Source of the DNA: an uncultured Alphaproteobacteria bacterium
GTDB taxonomy: Bacteria; Pseudomonadota; Alphaproteobacteria; Rs-D84
Direction: 5' to 3'
NCBI GenBank assembly: GCA_963540515.1
Contig: CAUTNA010000004.1
Span: 585 to 64,584, forward strand
Length of the DNA stretch: 64,000 nt
The notes under the pieces are model-generated. The model saw only the letters and a program-made list of their open reading frames with translations. It was not told the DNA's origin and ran no database searches. Within the stretch, counting starts at the first letter, position 1; every line of letters starts with the position of its first letter. The translations under genes and the position numbers were made by a program. Positions 28,086 through 38,194 of this stretch are shown one piece after another.

Positions 28086-28913
28086 TCACAAACTAATAAA
28101 ATTCGATAATTTTATAAAATCTTCTGGTTCCAAATTTTCTGCCCTTTCTGTTCCTTTAAAACCAATTTTTCCAAAATCAATATCTTTTAAAATAGCTCTT
28201 ATCATTTTTCTTCTCTGTCCAAATAAAATAGATGTTATTTTTTCAATTTTTTCTATTGAATTTATTTTCTTTATTTTATCTAAATTTGGATAAACACTTA
28301 TTACAGAACTTTGTACTTTAGGAATTGGATAAAATGCCGAATTTGGAATATTAAATAGTATTTTTGAATCGGTAAGTAAACTTGATAAGATAGATAATCT
28401 TCCATAACTTTTAGAATTGTTTTTTGAAACAATTCTTTCTGCTACTTCTGTTTGAAACATTAAAACCATAGAGTTAATTAAAGTGGGATTATTATAAACA
28501 ATGTGTAAAAGTTTTATAAAAATCTCTGTTCCAATATTGTATGGTAAATTCGCACAAACAGATATACTTTCCTTAAAAAAATCTTTTTTTTCTAAAACAT
28601 CCATAGCATCAGAAAAAATAATTTCTAATCTATCTCCATAAATACTTTTTATTTTTTCAAGTATTGGTTTAAGAGATGTATCTTTCTCTATTACTATTAA
28701 TTTATTAACCCCCGAGAATAACAAACTTCTTGTAAGTCCACCAGGACCTGGTCCTATTTCTAAAACAGTTTGATTTTTTATATTTGGTATAAAACTTGCT
28801 ATTTTATTAGTTAAATTTAAATCAAATAAAAAATTTTGTCCCATAGACTTTTTAGGAGCAAGATTATTTTCATCAATCATTTGTTTTATAGGTGGTAAAA
28901 TATCAATTGGCAT
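28086..28913 (-). CDS. rsmA: 16S rRNA (adenine1518/1519-N6)-dimethyltransferase
   Basis: GQNFL and LEIGPGPGGLT SAM motifs; 275 aa. Confidence 0.85.
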   Translation of the reverse strand: MPIDILPPIKQMIDENNLAPKKSMGQNFLFDLNLTNKIASFIPNIKNQTVLEIGPGPGGLTRSLLFSGVNKLIVIEKDTSLKPILEKIKSIYGDRLEIIFSDAMDVLEKKDFFKESISVCANLPYNIGTEIFIKLLHIVYNNPTLINSMVLMFQTEVAERIVSKNNSKSYGRLSILSSLLTDSKILFNIPNSAFYPIPKVQSSVISVYPNLDKIKKINSIEKIEKITSILFGQRRKMIRAILKDIDFGKIGFKGTERAENLEPEDFIKLSNFISL

Positions 28914-29513
28914 TTATATAACCTTACGTTCACCAAATGCAAGAGAAAGAGTTCCATCATCAATATAATCTAAATCACCACCAAGTGGCATACCAGAAGC
29001 AAGTTCAGAAAATATAAGATCTTTAAAATCACTTAAAAGTGATATTACATAATGTTGCGTTGTTTTACCTTCTATTGTATTTGGTAGAACAAAAATAATT
29101 TCTTTTATTTTTTCTTTATCTATCCTGTTTATTATCATTGAGATATTTAAGTCATTTGGAGTTATACCATTTATTCCACTAATAAGTCCCCCTAAAATAT
29201 GATATCTACCTTTAAATATACCTGTTTTTTCAATAGTCCAAACATCTCCTAAATCTCTTACAACACATAAACTGCCATTATTTCTAGATTCATCTTCACA
29301 AAAACTACATAAATTACTAGTAGAATCAGTAGCTATTCCACAATTTGGACAAATATGTACACTTTTATAAGTATCTTGCAAGCAATCTGATAGTATTTGC
29401 ATTTTTCCCGTTTTATCTTGTAAAAGAGATAAAACAATTCTACGTGCAGCTCTTCCTCCAACACGGGGAAGTTTAGAAAAAAGTTTGATAAGATTTTCTA
29501 TTTTTGGATTCAT
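28914..29513 (-). CDS. recR: Recombination protein RecR
   Basis: HhH (LPRVGGRAARRI), C4 zinc finger and Toprim domain; 199 aa. Confidence 0.85.
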   Translation of the reverse strand: MNPKIENLIKLFSKLPRVGGRAARRIVLSLLQDKTGKMQILSDCLQDTYKSVHICPNCGIATDSTSNLCSFCEDESRNNGSLCVVRDLGDVWTIEKTGIFKGRYHILGGLISGINGITPNDLNISMIINRIDKEKIKEIIFVLPNTIEGKTTQHYVISLLSDFKDLIFSELASGMPLGGDLDYIDDGTLSLAFGERKVI

Positions 29514-30614
29514 TTAACGAAAAATATAATTATCAATTCCAATTTCTTTAGCACTTTTTTGTATTTTATCTGCTTCTTCTTTAGATAAACTACCAGTACG
29601 AACTCTAAATATTCCAACATTACTTTTATCTATATTTGTTCTAATTCCAAGTTTTTGAAATATTTTTTCCTGTAATTGTTTTGCAGAATTTACATTAGAA
29701 AAAGCACCAAACTGAATACCACCAGAGCTATTATTTGCACTTACAGTATATTCAGGCTTATTAACAACACCAGTATTATTACTAATATTTTTCTGATTAG
29801 AATTATTTTTTAATTTAGAAAAACCAATATCTAACATTTTCATAGAAATATCAGATCTGATTTTTTTATTCTGTGCCCCTAAAATAACACTTATTATATG
29901 TTTATTTCCCCTTTTAGCAGAAGAAACTAAAGAATATTTTGATTTGTTTGTAAAACCTGTTTTCATACCATCACAACCAGAATACTTTTCTAATAGATCA
30001 TTAGTATTTTTATATTTTTTTCCATTATATTCCCAATTTTTTATACCAAAATATTTCCAATATTTAGGAAAATGTTTATAAACTGCCATTGACATCATAG
30101 CAATATCACGAGCTGTTGATAAATGATCATCACTTGGAAGTCCTGAAGAATTTTGAAAATTTGTCTTTGAAAGTCCTATTTCTGTTGCAACATTTGTCAT
30201 AAGAGATGCAAAACTTCCTTCTTTTCCACCCTTTAAATTTTCAGCCAATACCCTTGCAACATCATTTGCACTTCGAACAGCTAAAGCTTTTATTGCGTCT
30301 TCAACTTTTATTTTACTTCCAGCTTTAAGTCCAAGCTTTACAGGTTCAGCCTTAGTTGCTATATCCGACACTATTAAATAGTCATCTAAACTAAGTCTAC
30401 CATGTTCTAAAGCATCAAATGTTAAATATAATGTCATTATTTTTGTTAATGAAGCTGGATAATTCAAATCATTAGAGTTTTCTTGATATAGTATCTCCCC
30501 CGTATCCATATCGGCGACAAGTGCAGCTTTGTAATCTTTAGAAAAAGCAAGACTTACAACAAAAAAATTAACACAAAAACAACTAAATAAAATATTAATA
30601 AAGAATATTCTCAT
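29514..30614 (-). CDS. dacA: D-alanyl-D-alanine carboxypeptidase (PBP5/6-like) with a C-terminal SPOR domain
   Basis: SxxK (ASLTKIM), SxN (RSAND) and KTG (MKTGFT) motifs. C-terminal IQFGAFSN...IFRVRTGSL is SPOR-like. Confidence 0.75.
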   Translation of the reverse strand: MRIFFINILFSCFCVNFFVVSLAFSKDYKAALVADMDTGEILYQENSNDLNYPASLTKIMTLYLTFDALEHGRLSLDDYLIVSDIATKAEPVKLGLKAGSKIKVEDAIKALAVRSANDVARVLAENLKGGKEGSFASLMTNVATEIGLSKTNFQNSSGLPSDDHLSTARDIAMMSMAVYKHFPKYWKYFGIKNWEYNGKKYKNTNDLLEKYSGCDGMKTGFTNKSKYSLVSSAKRGNKHIISVILGAQNKKIRSDISMKMLDIGFSKLKNNSNQKNISNNTGVVNKPEYTVSANNSSGGIQFGAFSNVNSAKQLQEKIFQKLGIRTNIDKSNVGIFRVRTGSLSKEEADKIQKSAKEIGIDNYIFR

Positions 30615-30665
30615 CTCAGAATTATTCTATAAAAATAGCATAAAGAGGTCAAGCAACTTAAAAAC

Positions 30666-32030
30666 TTAAAAAGTTTTTAAGCTAACCTCTTCACCATCAA
30701 CTATAACAATTTTACTATAATTTAAATTCAAGTTTTTTAATGGTTCCAATACATTCTTTTTATCAAAACTTTCTCTATCAAATATTGGAAAAACTGCTCT
30801 TGATAAACAAAGTTGGTTTGCAACTATTTCACTATCACATATTGCAATGATTGGAGTATTAGAACGTCTACAAGAAATTTCAAATACTCTATCAGTAGAA
30901 TTTGCAAATATAACAATAGCATCAGCATTATTCAAAGTTGCAATTGATACAACTGATTTTGACCAACCATTTACTGTATCACAATCTATACACAAACTGT
31001 AAAAACTATTCATCTTATCCATATCTGCATAAGATAATATTTTAGACATAGTTTCTATTACAAGAGGAGGATTCTCACTTACTGTAGTTTCCTCAGATGT
31101 CATAGTTGAATCAACAGGAAGATACGCAGCATTTGCTATATCAGAAATTTCTGAACGAAGTGGAAATTCACTTTTCACCATAGAACCAAGCATTTGAGTT
31201 GCCATTATAACTGGCTTATTTTTCAATCTACACTCTTTAACTATTCTCCTTGAAATAGAAGGTACTTTTTCAAAAGAAACTTCTACAGCTAAATCTCCTC
31301 TTGCAATCATAATACCATCAGAAACATCTATAATTTCTGATATCTTATCAACTGCACTTGGTCTTTCTATTTTTGCTATGATTTTAACAGGATTATTAGT
31401 TCTTTCCTTAATAAAGTTTCTTACTTCTAATACATCCTCTGGAGTCTGAACAAAAGAAATTGCTATATAATCAGGATTTTTTGTAAGTGCATAAGTTAAA
31501 TCTTCTCTATCTTTTTTTGTTAAAACAGATGTATTCACTTTAGTATCAGGAATATTAAAACCGCGTCTCGACCATATTTCGAAACCTCTGATTACTTTTG
31601 TTTTTATAAAATCTTTTAGAATTTCTTCTACTTTAAGTTCTATTTTTCCATCATCAAGTAAGACTCTATCACCAACTTTTAAAGAATGTAAGACATCTAA
31701 ATCAGGCAATTGAACTCTTGTTGAATCACCAGGAATATCTAAATTATCTAAAATAAATTCTTGTCCAATTTCTATTGGATATCTTTCATCTGTTTTAAAA
31801 ACTCCAATTCTGTGTTTAGGTCCTTGTAAATCAATCAAAATCGCTACTGTTTTTCCAAGCTCTCTCGCAACAGACCTTATTGTATCTATTTTATTACCTT
31901 GAACATCTCCTGTATCATGACTGAAATTTAAACGGCAAACATTCATACCATTTAATATCATATTTTTTAAAATTTCTTTGTTTTCACTTTTAGGACCAAT
32001 TGATGCAGTTATCTTTGTATATTTATTCAT
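30666..32030 (-). CDS. pyk: Pyruvate kinase
   Basis: 454 aa; conserved PK N-terminus (ITASIGPKS...NVCRLNFSHD) and barrel/lid domains. Confidence 0.85.
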   Translation of the reverse strand: MNKYTKITASIGPKSENKEILKNMILNGMNVCRLNFSHDTGDVQGNKIDTIRSVARELGKTVAILIDLQGPKHRIGVFKTDERYPIEIGQEFILDNLDIPGDSTRVQLPDLDVLHSLKVGDRVLLDDGKIELKVEEILKDFIKTKVIRGFEIWSRRGFNIPDTKVNTSVLTKKDREDLTYALTKNPDYIAISFVQTPEDVLEVRNFIKERTNNPVKIIAKIERPSAVDKISEIIDVSDGIMIARGDLAVEVSFEKVPSISRRIVKECRLKNKPVIMATQMLGSMVKSEFPLRSEISDIANAAYLPVDSTMTSEETTVSENPPLVIETMSKILSYADMDKMNSFYSLCIDCDTVNGWSKSVVSIATLNNADAIVIFANSTDRVFEISCRRSNTPIIAICDSEIVANQLCLSRAVFPIFDRESFDKKNVLEPLKNLNLNYSKIVIVDGEEVSLKTF

Positions 32031-32100
32031 TTATTCTTTTCCTTGATTTTTAGCTTTTCAAATATACCATATTAATCATATTTAAAACAAGGGGAAAACA

Positions 32101-32352
32101 ATGGTTCGTAAAGCTAATCATAGTGGAATAGATAATGAAGTTTTGAGCTCATTTATAGAAAAAATAGAAAAATTAAATGAAGAATTAGAAGCAATTAATA
32201 CCGATGTTCGTGAATTGTATAAACAAGCAAAAGATTCAGGATATGATCCTAAATATATCCGTCAAATGATAAGATTACGTAAAATGGATCCAGATGAATT
32301 AAGCGAAACAGACGAAACTACAAAAATGTATAGAAATGCTCTTGGACTTTAA
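32101..32352 (+). CDS. gapR: DUF2312 / GapR-like nucleoid-associated protein
   Basis: 83 aa; the LSSFIEKIEKLNEE...YDPKYIRQMIRLRKMDPDE...YRNALGL pattern is typical of the alphaproteobacterial DUF2312 family. Confidence 0.65.
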   Translation: MVRKANHSGIDNEVLSSFIEKIEKLNEELEAINTDVRELYKQAKDSGYDPKYIRQMIRLRKMDPDELSETDETTKMYRNALGL

Positions 32353-32670
32353 ATGAAAAAATTTACACAAAGAAAAGAAGATTTTATTTGTGAAAATTGT
32401 GGGACAAAAGTTAGAGGCAATGGTTATACAAATCATTGCCCAAATTGTTTATATTCAAAGGATGTAGATATAAATCCAGGTGATAGAAAATCCATTTGTA
32501 ATGGAATTATGAAACCAATATCAATAGAAATAGATAAAGATACTTTCATAATAACACATAAGTGTTTAAAATGTGGAAAAATAAGTAAATGCAAAAATTC
32601 TGAAAATGACAATATTGAAGAAATTATAAATATTTCAAAAAATTCAAACTTTATATTTGGTAAAAAATAA
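32353..32670 (+). CDS. RNHCP-domain zinc-ribbon protein
   Basis: CENCG...TNHCPNCLYSKDVD...CLKCG; 105 aa. Confidence 0.5.
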   Translation: MKKFTQRKEDFICENCGTKVRGNGYTNHCPNCLYSKDVDINPGDRKSICNGIMKPISIEIDKDTFIITHKCLKCGKISKCKNSENDNIEEIINISKNSNFIFGKK

Positions 32671-34601
32671 TGAAAGAATTTTTTTATACACAAAAACAAA
32701 ACATTTTAATCTGGATTGCTTTTTTTATTACTATAGGATCTATCTCATATTTTTTATTACCCTTTGAACCTAATATAATAATATTTTCAATAATTTCTTT
32801 TTTAATAAGTTTATTTATAATCTTATTTAAAAGAAATTTTCTTATAATTTTTCTATCCTTTATATTTGGTTTTATATATCCATTGATTTTTGCAAGAACA
32901 ATTAATACATTTAAAATATCCCATAACTATAAAAATATATCTGTTTATGGAGAGATTGAAGATATAAACTATGAAAAAGATAAAACAAAAATTATATTTA
33001 AAGTTATTGAATCTAAAATTTCAAATAAACCTTTCAAAGTAAAACTATCCTCAAATCAAAATCTAGATTTAAAAGTTGGAGATAGACTTATTGCAAAAAT
33101 ATCTTTATTTAAACCAAATTCAAAATCAGATCCTGCATCTTTTGATTATGCTCGTTTTTTATACTTTAATTCTATAACAGCAACCGGATTTTTAGATGAA
33201 TATTTAAAAGAAGAAAATGTAAATTCCGATAATATAATAAAAAAATTACGATTATATATTCATAAAAAAGCAAATTCTTTTTTAACCGATAGCTTATTCT
33301 TAGGATATAAAAATACAATACCTAAAGAAGAAAAAGAAGTTTGGCTAAAATCTGGAATTGGACACATCTGGTCAATCAGTGGACTTCATATAACAATAAT
33401 ATCAATTATTTCTTTCTTTATATTTTTTAATATATTCAGATTAATTTCACCTATAACTAAAAGATTTCCTGCAAGATATCCAACAAGTTTTATAACTATC
33501 TTTTTTATTTTTCTGTATTTATTAATATCAGGTTCTAATGTATCTACTATAAGAGCTGTACTTTCTGCTTTTATTATTTTTGTTGCATTTGTATTAAATA
33601 GATATTCTGTAAGTATAAGAACTATGTCTATAGTATATTTAATTACCTATTTATTTAATCCACATTTTTTAATGCAAGCGTCATTTCAACTTTCTTTTTC
33701 TGCAGTAATTGGAATCATTTTCATAGTAGAAAAAATTAGAAATAATAACAGAAACTTTAAAAATAAATTAAAAGTATTTTTATCAATACCTATCATATCA
33801 AGTATATTTACATTACCTTTTTTAGGAATACATTTTCATTACTTCCCTTTATTTTCATTAATTGGAAACATAATTATTTTACCAATATTTTCTTTTATAA
33901 TAATGCCACTAGTATTTTTAGGAACTATTTTTAGTCTGTTTGATTTTAAATTTATAAATAGATTCACAATAAATATATACAATTATATTTATAATAACTT
34001 AGATTTTATGTTATCTAAAATCTCATATACCGAAATTAAAATTCCATTTATATCAAATACATCTATGCTTTTTATAATTACAGGACTATTTTTTATAATC
34101 GCAATAATAAACATAGATAAAAATAAATTCACCAAAAACGCTAACTTAATTATTGGTTCCTCTTTTATAATATTAGGATTAATATTATCTTTTTTTACAA
34201 AAAAGCCATTATTTTATATAACTCTTGATCATGAACTAATAGCAGTATTAGATAAAAACAACTTAAAATTTAATAAAACAAAAAGTTCAAATCATTTTTT
34301 TGTATTTAATAACTGGAAATATATGAATAATGAGAAATTAAATACTCAAAATTTAAAATATAATTGTAAAAAAGGATTATGTCTGTATAAAACAGATAAA
34401 TGGACAATTGCATATACAAAAAGATTCAAAATACTAGAAAAAAATTTAATAAAATTATGCAAAGATAAAAATATAACTTATATAGCAAGTTATTTTGATA
34501 TAGAGGCAAAAGAGTGTAATAAAAAGATTTTAAAAGATGCCTTTGTTATATATGAAAGTGGAAAAGTAGAATACATAAAACAAAACAGAATCTGGAATTA
34601 A
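32670..34601 (+). CDS. comEC: ComEC/Rec2-family DNA internalization membrane protein (no obvious metallo-beta-lactamase domain)
   Basis: Polytopic protein; the WLKSGIGHIWSISGLHITII segment matches the ComEC competence domain; 643 aa. Confidence 0.6.
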   Translation: MKEFFYTQKQNILIWIAFFITIGSISYFLLPFEPNIIIFSIISFLISLFIILFKRNFLIIFLSFIFGFIYPLIFARTINTFKISHNYKNISVYGEIEDINYEKDKTKIIFKVIESKISNKPFKVKLSSNQNLDLKVGDRLIAKISLFKPNSKSDPASFDYARFLYFNSITATGFLDEYLKEENVNSDNIIKKLRLYIHKKANSFLTDSLFLGYKNTIPKEEKEVWLKSGIGHIWSISGLHITIISIISFFIFFNIFRLISPITKRFPARYPTSFITIFFIFLYLLISGSNVSTIRAVLSAFIIFVAFVLNRYSVSIRTMSIVYLITYLFNPHFLMQASFQLSFSAVIGIIFIVEKIRNNNRNFKNKLKVFLSIPIISSIFTLPFLGIHFHYFPLFSLIGNIIILPIFSFIIMPLVFLGTIFSLFDFKFINRFTINIYNYIYNNLDFMLSKISYTEIKIPFISNTSMLFIITGLFFIIAIINIDKNKFTKNANLIIGSSFIILGLILSFFTKKPLFYITLDHELIAVLDKNNLKFNKTKSSNHFFVFNNWKYMNNEKLNTQNLKYNCKKGLCLYKTDKWTIAYTKRFKILEKNLIKLCKDKNITYIASYFDIEAKECNKKILKDAFVIYESGKVEYIKQNRIWN

Positions 34602-35338
34602 TATTTTGCACTTACAAAATAAAGTCCTGCAGCAGGTGCAGTTGCACCAGCAAACTTTCTGTTTTTTAATTCAAAAATTTCATCTATATCCATTTTTTTA
34701 CCAAGTCCAATTTCTACCAAAGTTCCAACCATATTTCTAACTTGATGATGTAAAAATGATCTTGCAGAAACATCAAAATAAATATATTTATTATAATTTT
34801 CTTCTTTTAAATTAATATCAAAAGTGTCTATTGTCTTAATCGGACTTTTTGCCTGACATTCTACTGCTCTAAAACTTGTAAAATCATGTTTTCCCAAAAA
34901 CTTCACTGATTGCTTTTTCATAATATCTAAATCTAAATCTCTAGCTATCCACCAAACAAAACCTTTATCTAAAATAGTTGGACTTTTTCTATTTAAAACA
35001 ATATATCTATAACTTCTTTGTAAACATGAAAATCTTGCACTAAAATTATCATCAACTTTTTTACAATCTAAAACAGATATATCTTTATTTTTTAAATAAA
35101 AATTCAAAGCACTTTTTATTGTATTTTCTGAATACTCTTTATTTAAATCAAAATGACATGGCATTGCAATTGCATGAACGCCAGAATCTGTTCTGCCTGC
35201 TGCAACAAAATTTGTATTTTCTTGTGATAATTTATAAACAGCTTCTTCTAATGTACTTTGAACAGAGGCACCTTGACAATTTTTTTGCCAACCAATAAAA
35301 TCTTTACCATTATATTCAATGATTATTTTATATCTCAT
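34598..35338 (-). CDS. truA: tRNA pseudouridine(38-40) synthase
   Basis: AAGRTDSGVHA catalytic Asp motif; 246 aa. Confidence 0.85.
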   Translation of the reverse strand: MRYKIIIEYNGKDFIGWQKNCQGASVQSTLEEAVYKLSQENTNFVAAGRTDSGVHAIAMPCHFDLNKEYSENTIKSALNFYLKNKDISVLDCKKVDDNFSARFSCLQRSYRYIVLNRKSPTILDKGFVWWIARDLDLDIMKKQSVKFLGKHDFTSFRAVECQAKSPIKTIDTFDINLKEENYNKYIYFDVSARSFLHHQVRNMVGTLVEIGLGKKMDIDEIFELKNRKFAGATAPAAGLYFVSAKY

Positions 35339-36177
35339 AAAAGTATTTTTTTATTAATAATTTTTGTTCTTTGTCCATTTAAAAAACTTTTAAAATCCAT
35401 TTGTTTTTTTCCACTTGGCTGGATATACAAAATTCTCAATTTATCATCTACCAATTCTGTTTTAATTATTTTTAATTCAAAATCATTTTTCAAAATTTCT
35501 ATTAATTCGCTTGCTAGACATTTACCTCCAATACTTCTAATTTGATTATGAATTTCAAAAGCTGATTTATTCCAATCTATTTTTGTATCTTTTTCAAAAA
35601 ATTTTTTAGTAAAAATTATATCACCTTCTTGTTTTCTTGATTCATAAAGATTTGGATCTTTTAAATACTTATCTAAAATATCAATTGATGTGTTTATTAT
35701 TTTATTTTCTAAATCTTTGCAAGTGTCATTTATACTGATATCTATTTTTTTTATTAGATAAATATTACCAGAATCCACTTCTTTATTTATATCAATCAGA
35801 CAAACACCTGTTTCTTTATCTCCATTTAAAATAGCTGTTTGTATTGGAGAAGCGCCTCTATATTTTGGTAATAAACTTGGATGAATATTTAAACATTTTA
35901 CAGAATTTATGACATTTTCTTTAAGAATTACTCCATAAGATATAATTATACAAAAATCAATATTTGTTATATCTATTTTATTAAAATCAGATATATCTGT
36001 ATAAACTTGTAAACCATTTTTCTCCGCCCAAATATGCACTAAGGACTTTTGTAGGATCATTTTACGTCCTCTCATACTTGGAGCCTTTGTAAAAACTGCA
36101 ACTATATTATGTTGTTTTAATAAAGATTCAAATATAGGAACAGTCCAATCATTTGTTCCCATTAAAATCAAATTCAT
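35335..36177 (-). CDS. fmt: Methionyl-tRNA formyltransferase
   Basis: HPSLLPKYRG motif; def lies upstream with a 4-nt overlap. Confidence 0.85.
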   Translation of the reverse strand: MNLILMGTNDWTVPIFESLLKQHNIVAVFTKAPSMRGRKMILQKSLVHIWAEKNGLQVYTDISDFNKIDITNIDFCIIISYGVILKENVINSVKCLNIHPSLLPKYRGASPIQTAILNGDKETGVCLIDINKEVDSGNIYLIKKIDISINDTCKDLENKIINTSIDILDKYLKDPNLYESRKQEGDIIFTKKFFEKDTKIDWNKSAFEIHNQIRSIGGKCLASELIEILKNDFELKIIKTELVDDKLRILYIQPSGKKQMDFKSFLNGQRTKIINKKILL

Positions 36178-36674
36178 TTTGCTTTTTTTACCTTTTTCAT
36201 AAGCATAGTTCTTCTTATTCCAGATAAATAATCAATAAATAAAATTCCATCTAAATGATCTATTTCATGTTGAGCAATTCGAGCTAAAATTCCATTAAAA
36301 TTATCTTCTTTTTTTTCTCCATTTTCATTTAGATAAGAAACAGATATAAATTCTGGTCTTGAAACATAAGAATAAACAGGCAAACCATCATTTCCAAGTA
36401 TAGATAAACACCCCTCTTCCATTGAACAAAATTTATCAGATTTATAAGTTATTTTTGGGTTTATCATTTTATAAATCTCTCTTGTATCAGGATTCATAAT
36501 TATTATAAACCTTTTAGTAATTCCAACCTGAGGAGCAGCAAGACCAACACCATTTTGATTATTCATAATAATAACCATTTCATCCAAAGATGATTTTATA
36601 TCCTCTGTAATTTCTTTTACTTCTTCACATTTTTCACGTAAAACTAAATCACCACAAAGTTTTATTTGCATCAT
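36174..36674 (-). CDS. def: Peptide deformylase
   Basis: GVGLAAPQVG, EGCLS and QHEIDHLDG motifs. Confidence 0.9.
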   Translation of the reverse strand: MMQIKLCGDLVLREKCEEVKEITEDIKSSLDEMVIIMNNQNGVGLAAPQVGITKRFIIIMNPDTREIYKMINPKITYKSDKFCSMEEGCLSILGNDGLPVYSYVSRPEFISVSYLNENGEKKEDNFNGILARIAQHEIDHLDGILFIDYLSGIRRTMLMKKVKKAK

Positions 36675-36717
36675 ATACTTCCATCATTATAATAATTAAT
36701 ATCAAAGGATGTATTAA

Positions 36718-37593
36718 ATGACAACCTATATTTTAATAATGCTTGCCGTTATTATAATATTACTTATCATAATATTAACAAAAAAAACTAACCTAGATTT
36801 ATCCAGTCTTCATGAAGATAACTACAGACTCCGAGAAAAATTAGCAGAAAGAATTGGAGTACTAATTCAAAATGCAATGGAACTTAAAAACATAAGTTCT
36901 GATATTTCAAGTTTTAAGGATTTATTACTTGGTTCAAAACAGGCAAGAGGACTTTTTGGAGAAAAACAATTAGAAGATCTAATACAAGATATAATGCCTC
37001 CTAAATCTTATAGTTTTCAATATATGTTAGAAAATGGAACAAGACCAGATTGTGTTTTACACCTTCCTTATCCACCAGGGGATTTAATAATAGATAGTAA
37101 ATTTCCACTGGAAGGATATTTAAGATATACAGAAAATAAAACTGATGAAAATCTTAGAAATTTTGAATTAGATATAAAAAGACACATAATAAATATATCT
37201 GAAAAGTATATAATAACAGGCAGAACTGCTGATAGTGCTATGCTTTTTATTGCATCAGAATCTATATTTGAAAGTCTTCATACAGAACTTCCTAATATCA
37301 TAGATTTTGCTGCAAGAAAAAAAGTTTTTCTGGTTTCTCCTGCAACTCTTTGGGCAACTCTTAACACAATAAGAAGTGTTTTATCTGATATAAAAATAAA
37401 AAAAGTCGCAAATAGTATAAAGAAAGAATTAGATTTATTGCTGATGGATTTGTCTAGACTATCTGAAAGAACATCAAAAATAGTAAATCATTTTCAAATT
37501 ACTCAAAAAGCTATTGAAGAACTTCAAACATCAATCAGGAAAATCGAACCTAGAGCTGAGAAAATAAAAGAATTAGATTTTGGAGATAATTAA
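36718..37593 (+). CDS. rmuC: DNA recombination protein RmuC
   Basis: N-terminal TM, coiled coil, conserved RPDCVLHLP...LIIDSKFPLEGY RmuC block. Confidence 0.7.
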   Translation: MTTYILIMLAVIIILLIIILTKKTNLDLSSLHEDNYRLREKLAERIGVLIQNAMELKNISSDISSFKDLLLGSKQARGLFGEKQLEDLIQDIMPPKSYSFQYMLENGTRPDCVLHLPYPPGDLIIDSKFPLEGYLRYTENKTDENLRNFELDIKRHIINISEKYIITGRTADSAMLFIASESIFESLHTELPNIIDFAARKKVFLVSPATLWATLNTIRSVLSDIKIKKVANSIKKELDLLLMDLSRLSERTSKIVNHFQITQKAIEELQTSIRKIEPRAEKIKELDFGDN

Positions 37594-38192
37594 ACTATTT
37601 TTACAATATCTCCAGTTTTTGGATTTATCCAAATCTGTTGTTTTGCCAAAGACATAATTGGTAAATCAGTTATGCTATCAGAATAAGATCTAACAAGATT
37701 AGGTAAGTATTTATTTTTTTTAGCCCAAAGATTAAAAGCAACAACTTTATTATTTGCAAAACAAAAAAATTTATATTTCCATGGACTTATTTTATTCGAA
37801 ACAGAAGTTATAACTGCATCAAAATTTATATCTTTAACTAACTCTTTTATCAAAAAGTCAGGACCTGCTGAGATTAAAATTACAATATTACCTTTCTTTT
37901 TTTCTTCTTTTATTTTTGATTCAACCCAATCAAATCTTTCTTTTTTATAAATTTTTACAAAATCTTTTCTAAATCTTTTAACCATATTTTGACTTATAAA
38001 ACTTCGCATTACCTCACGCCAAAATACAGTTTTAGGATTTATTTTTTTGAAAACTAAAGATAACCATATAACTGGTAAAAAAAACCAAGGACGAATTGAA
38101 TTAGAAAAACAATATTTTGCAAAGGCTAAACTTGAATCATTTGCAGAAATTGTTCCATCAAAATCAAAAACAACTACATTTATTTTTTTCAT
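37590..38192 (-). CDS. HAD-superfamily hydrolase (subfamily IB-like)
   Basis: VVFDFDGTI motif I; 200 aa. Confidence 0.5.
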   Translation of the reverse strand: MKKINVVVFDFDGTISANDSSLAFAKYCFSNSIRPWFFLPVIWLSLVFKKINPKTVFWREVMRSFISQNMVKRFRKDFVKIYKKERFDWVESKIKEEKKKGNIVILISAGPDFLIKELVKDINFDAVITSVSNKISPWKYKFFCFANNKVVAFNLWAKKNKYLPNLVRSYSDSITDLPIMSLAKQQIWINPKTGDIVKIV

Positions 38193-38194
38193 AT

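Noticed and set aside
30657-30681. An 11-bp perfect inverted repeat CTTAAAAACTT/AAGTTTTTAAG overlapping the pyk stop codon, considered as a terminator between pyk and dacA.
   Set aside because: On the minus-strand transcript the hairpin is not followed by a U-run, and pyk-dacA-recR-rsmA appear to be tightly packed and co-directional, so a terminator here is unlikely.
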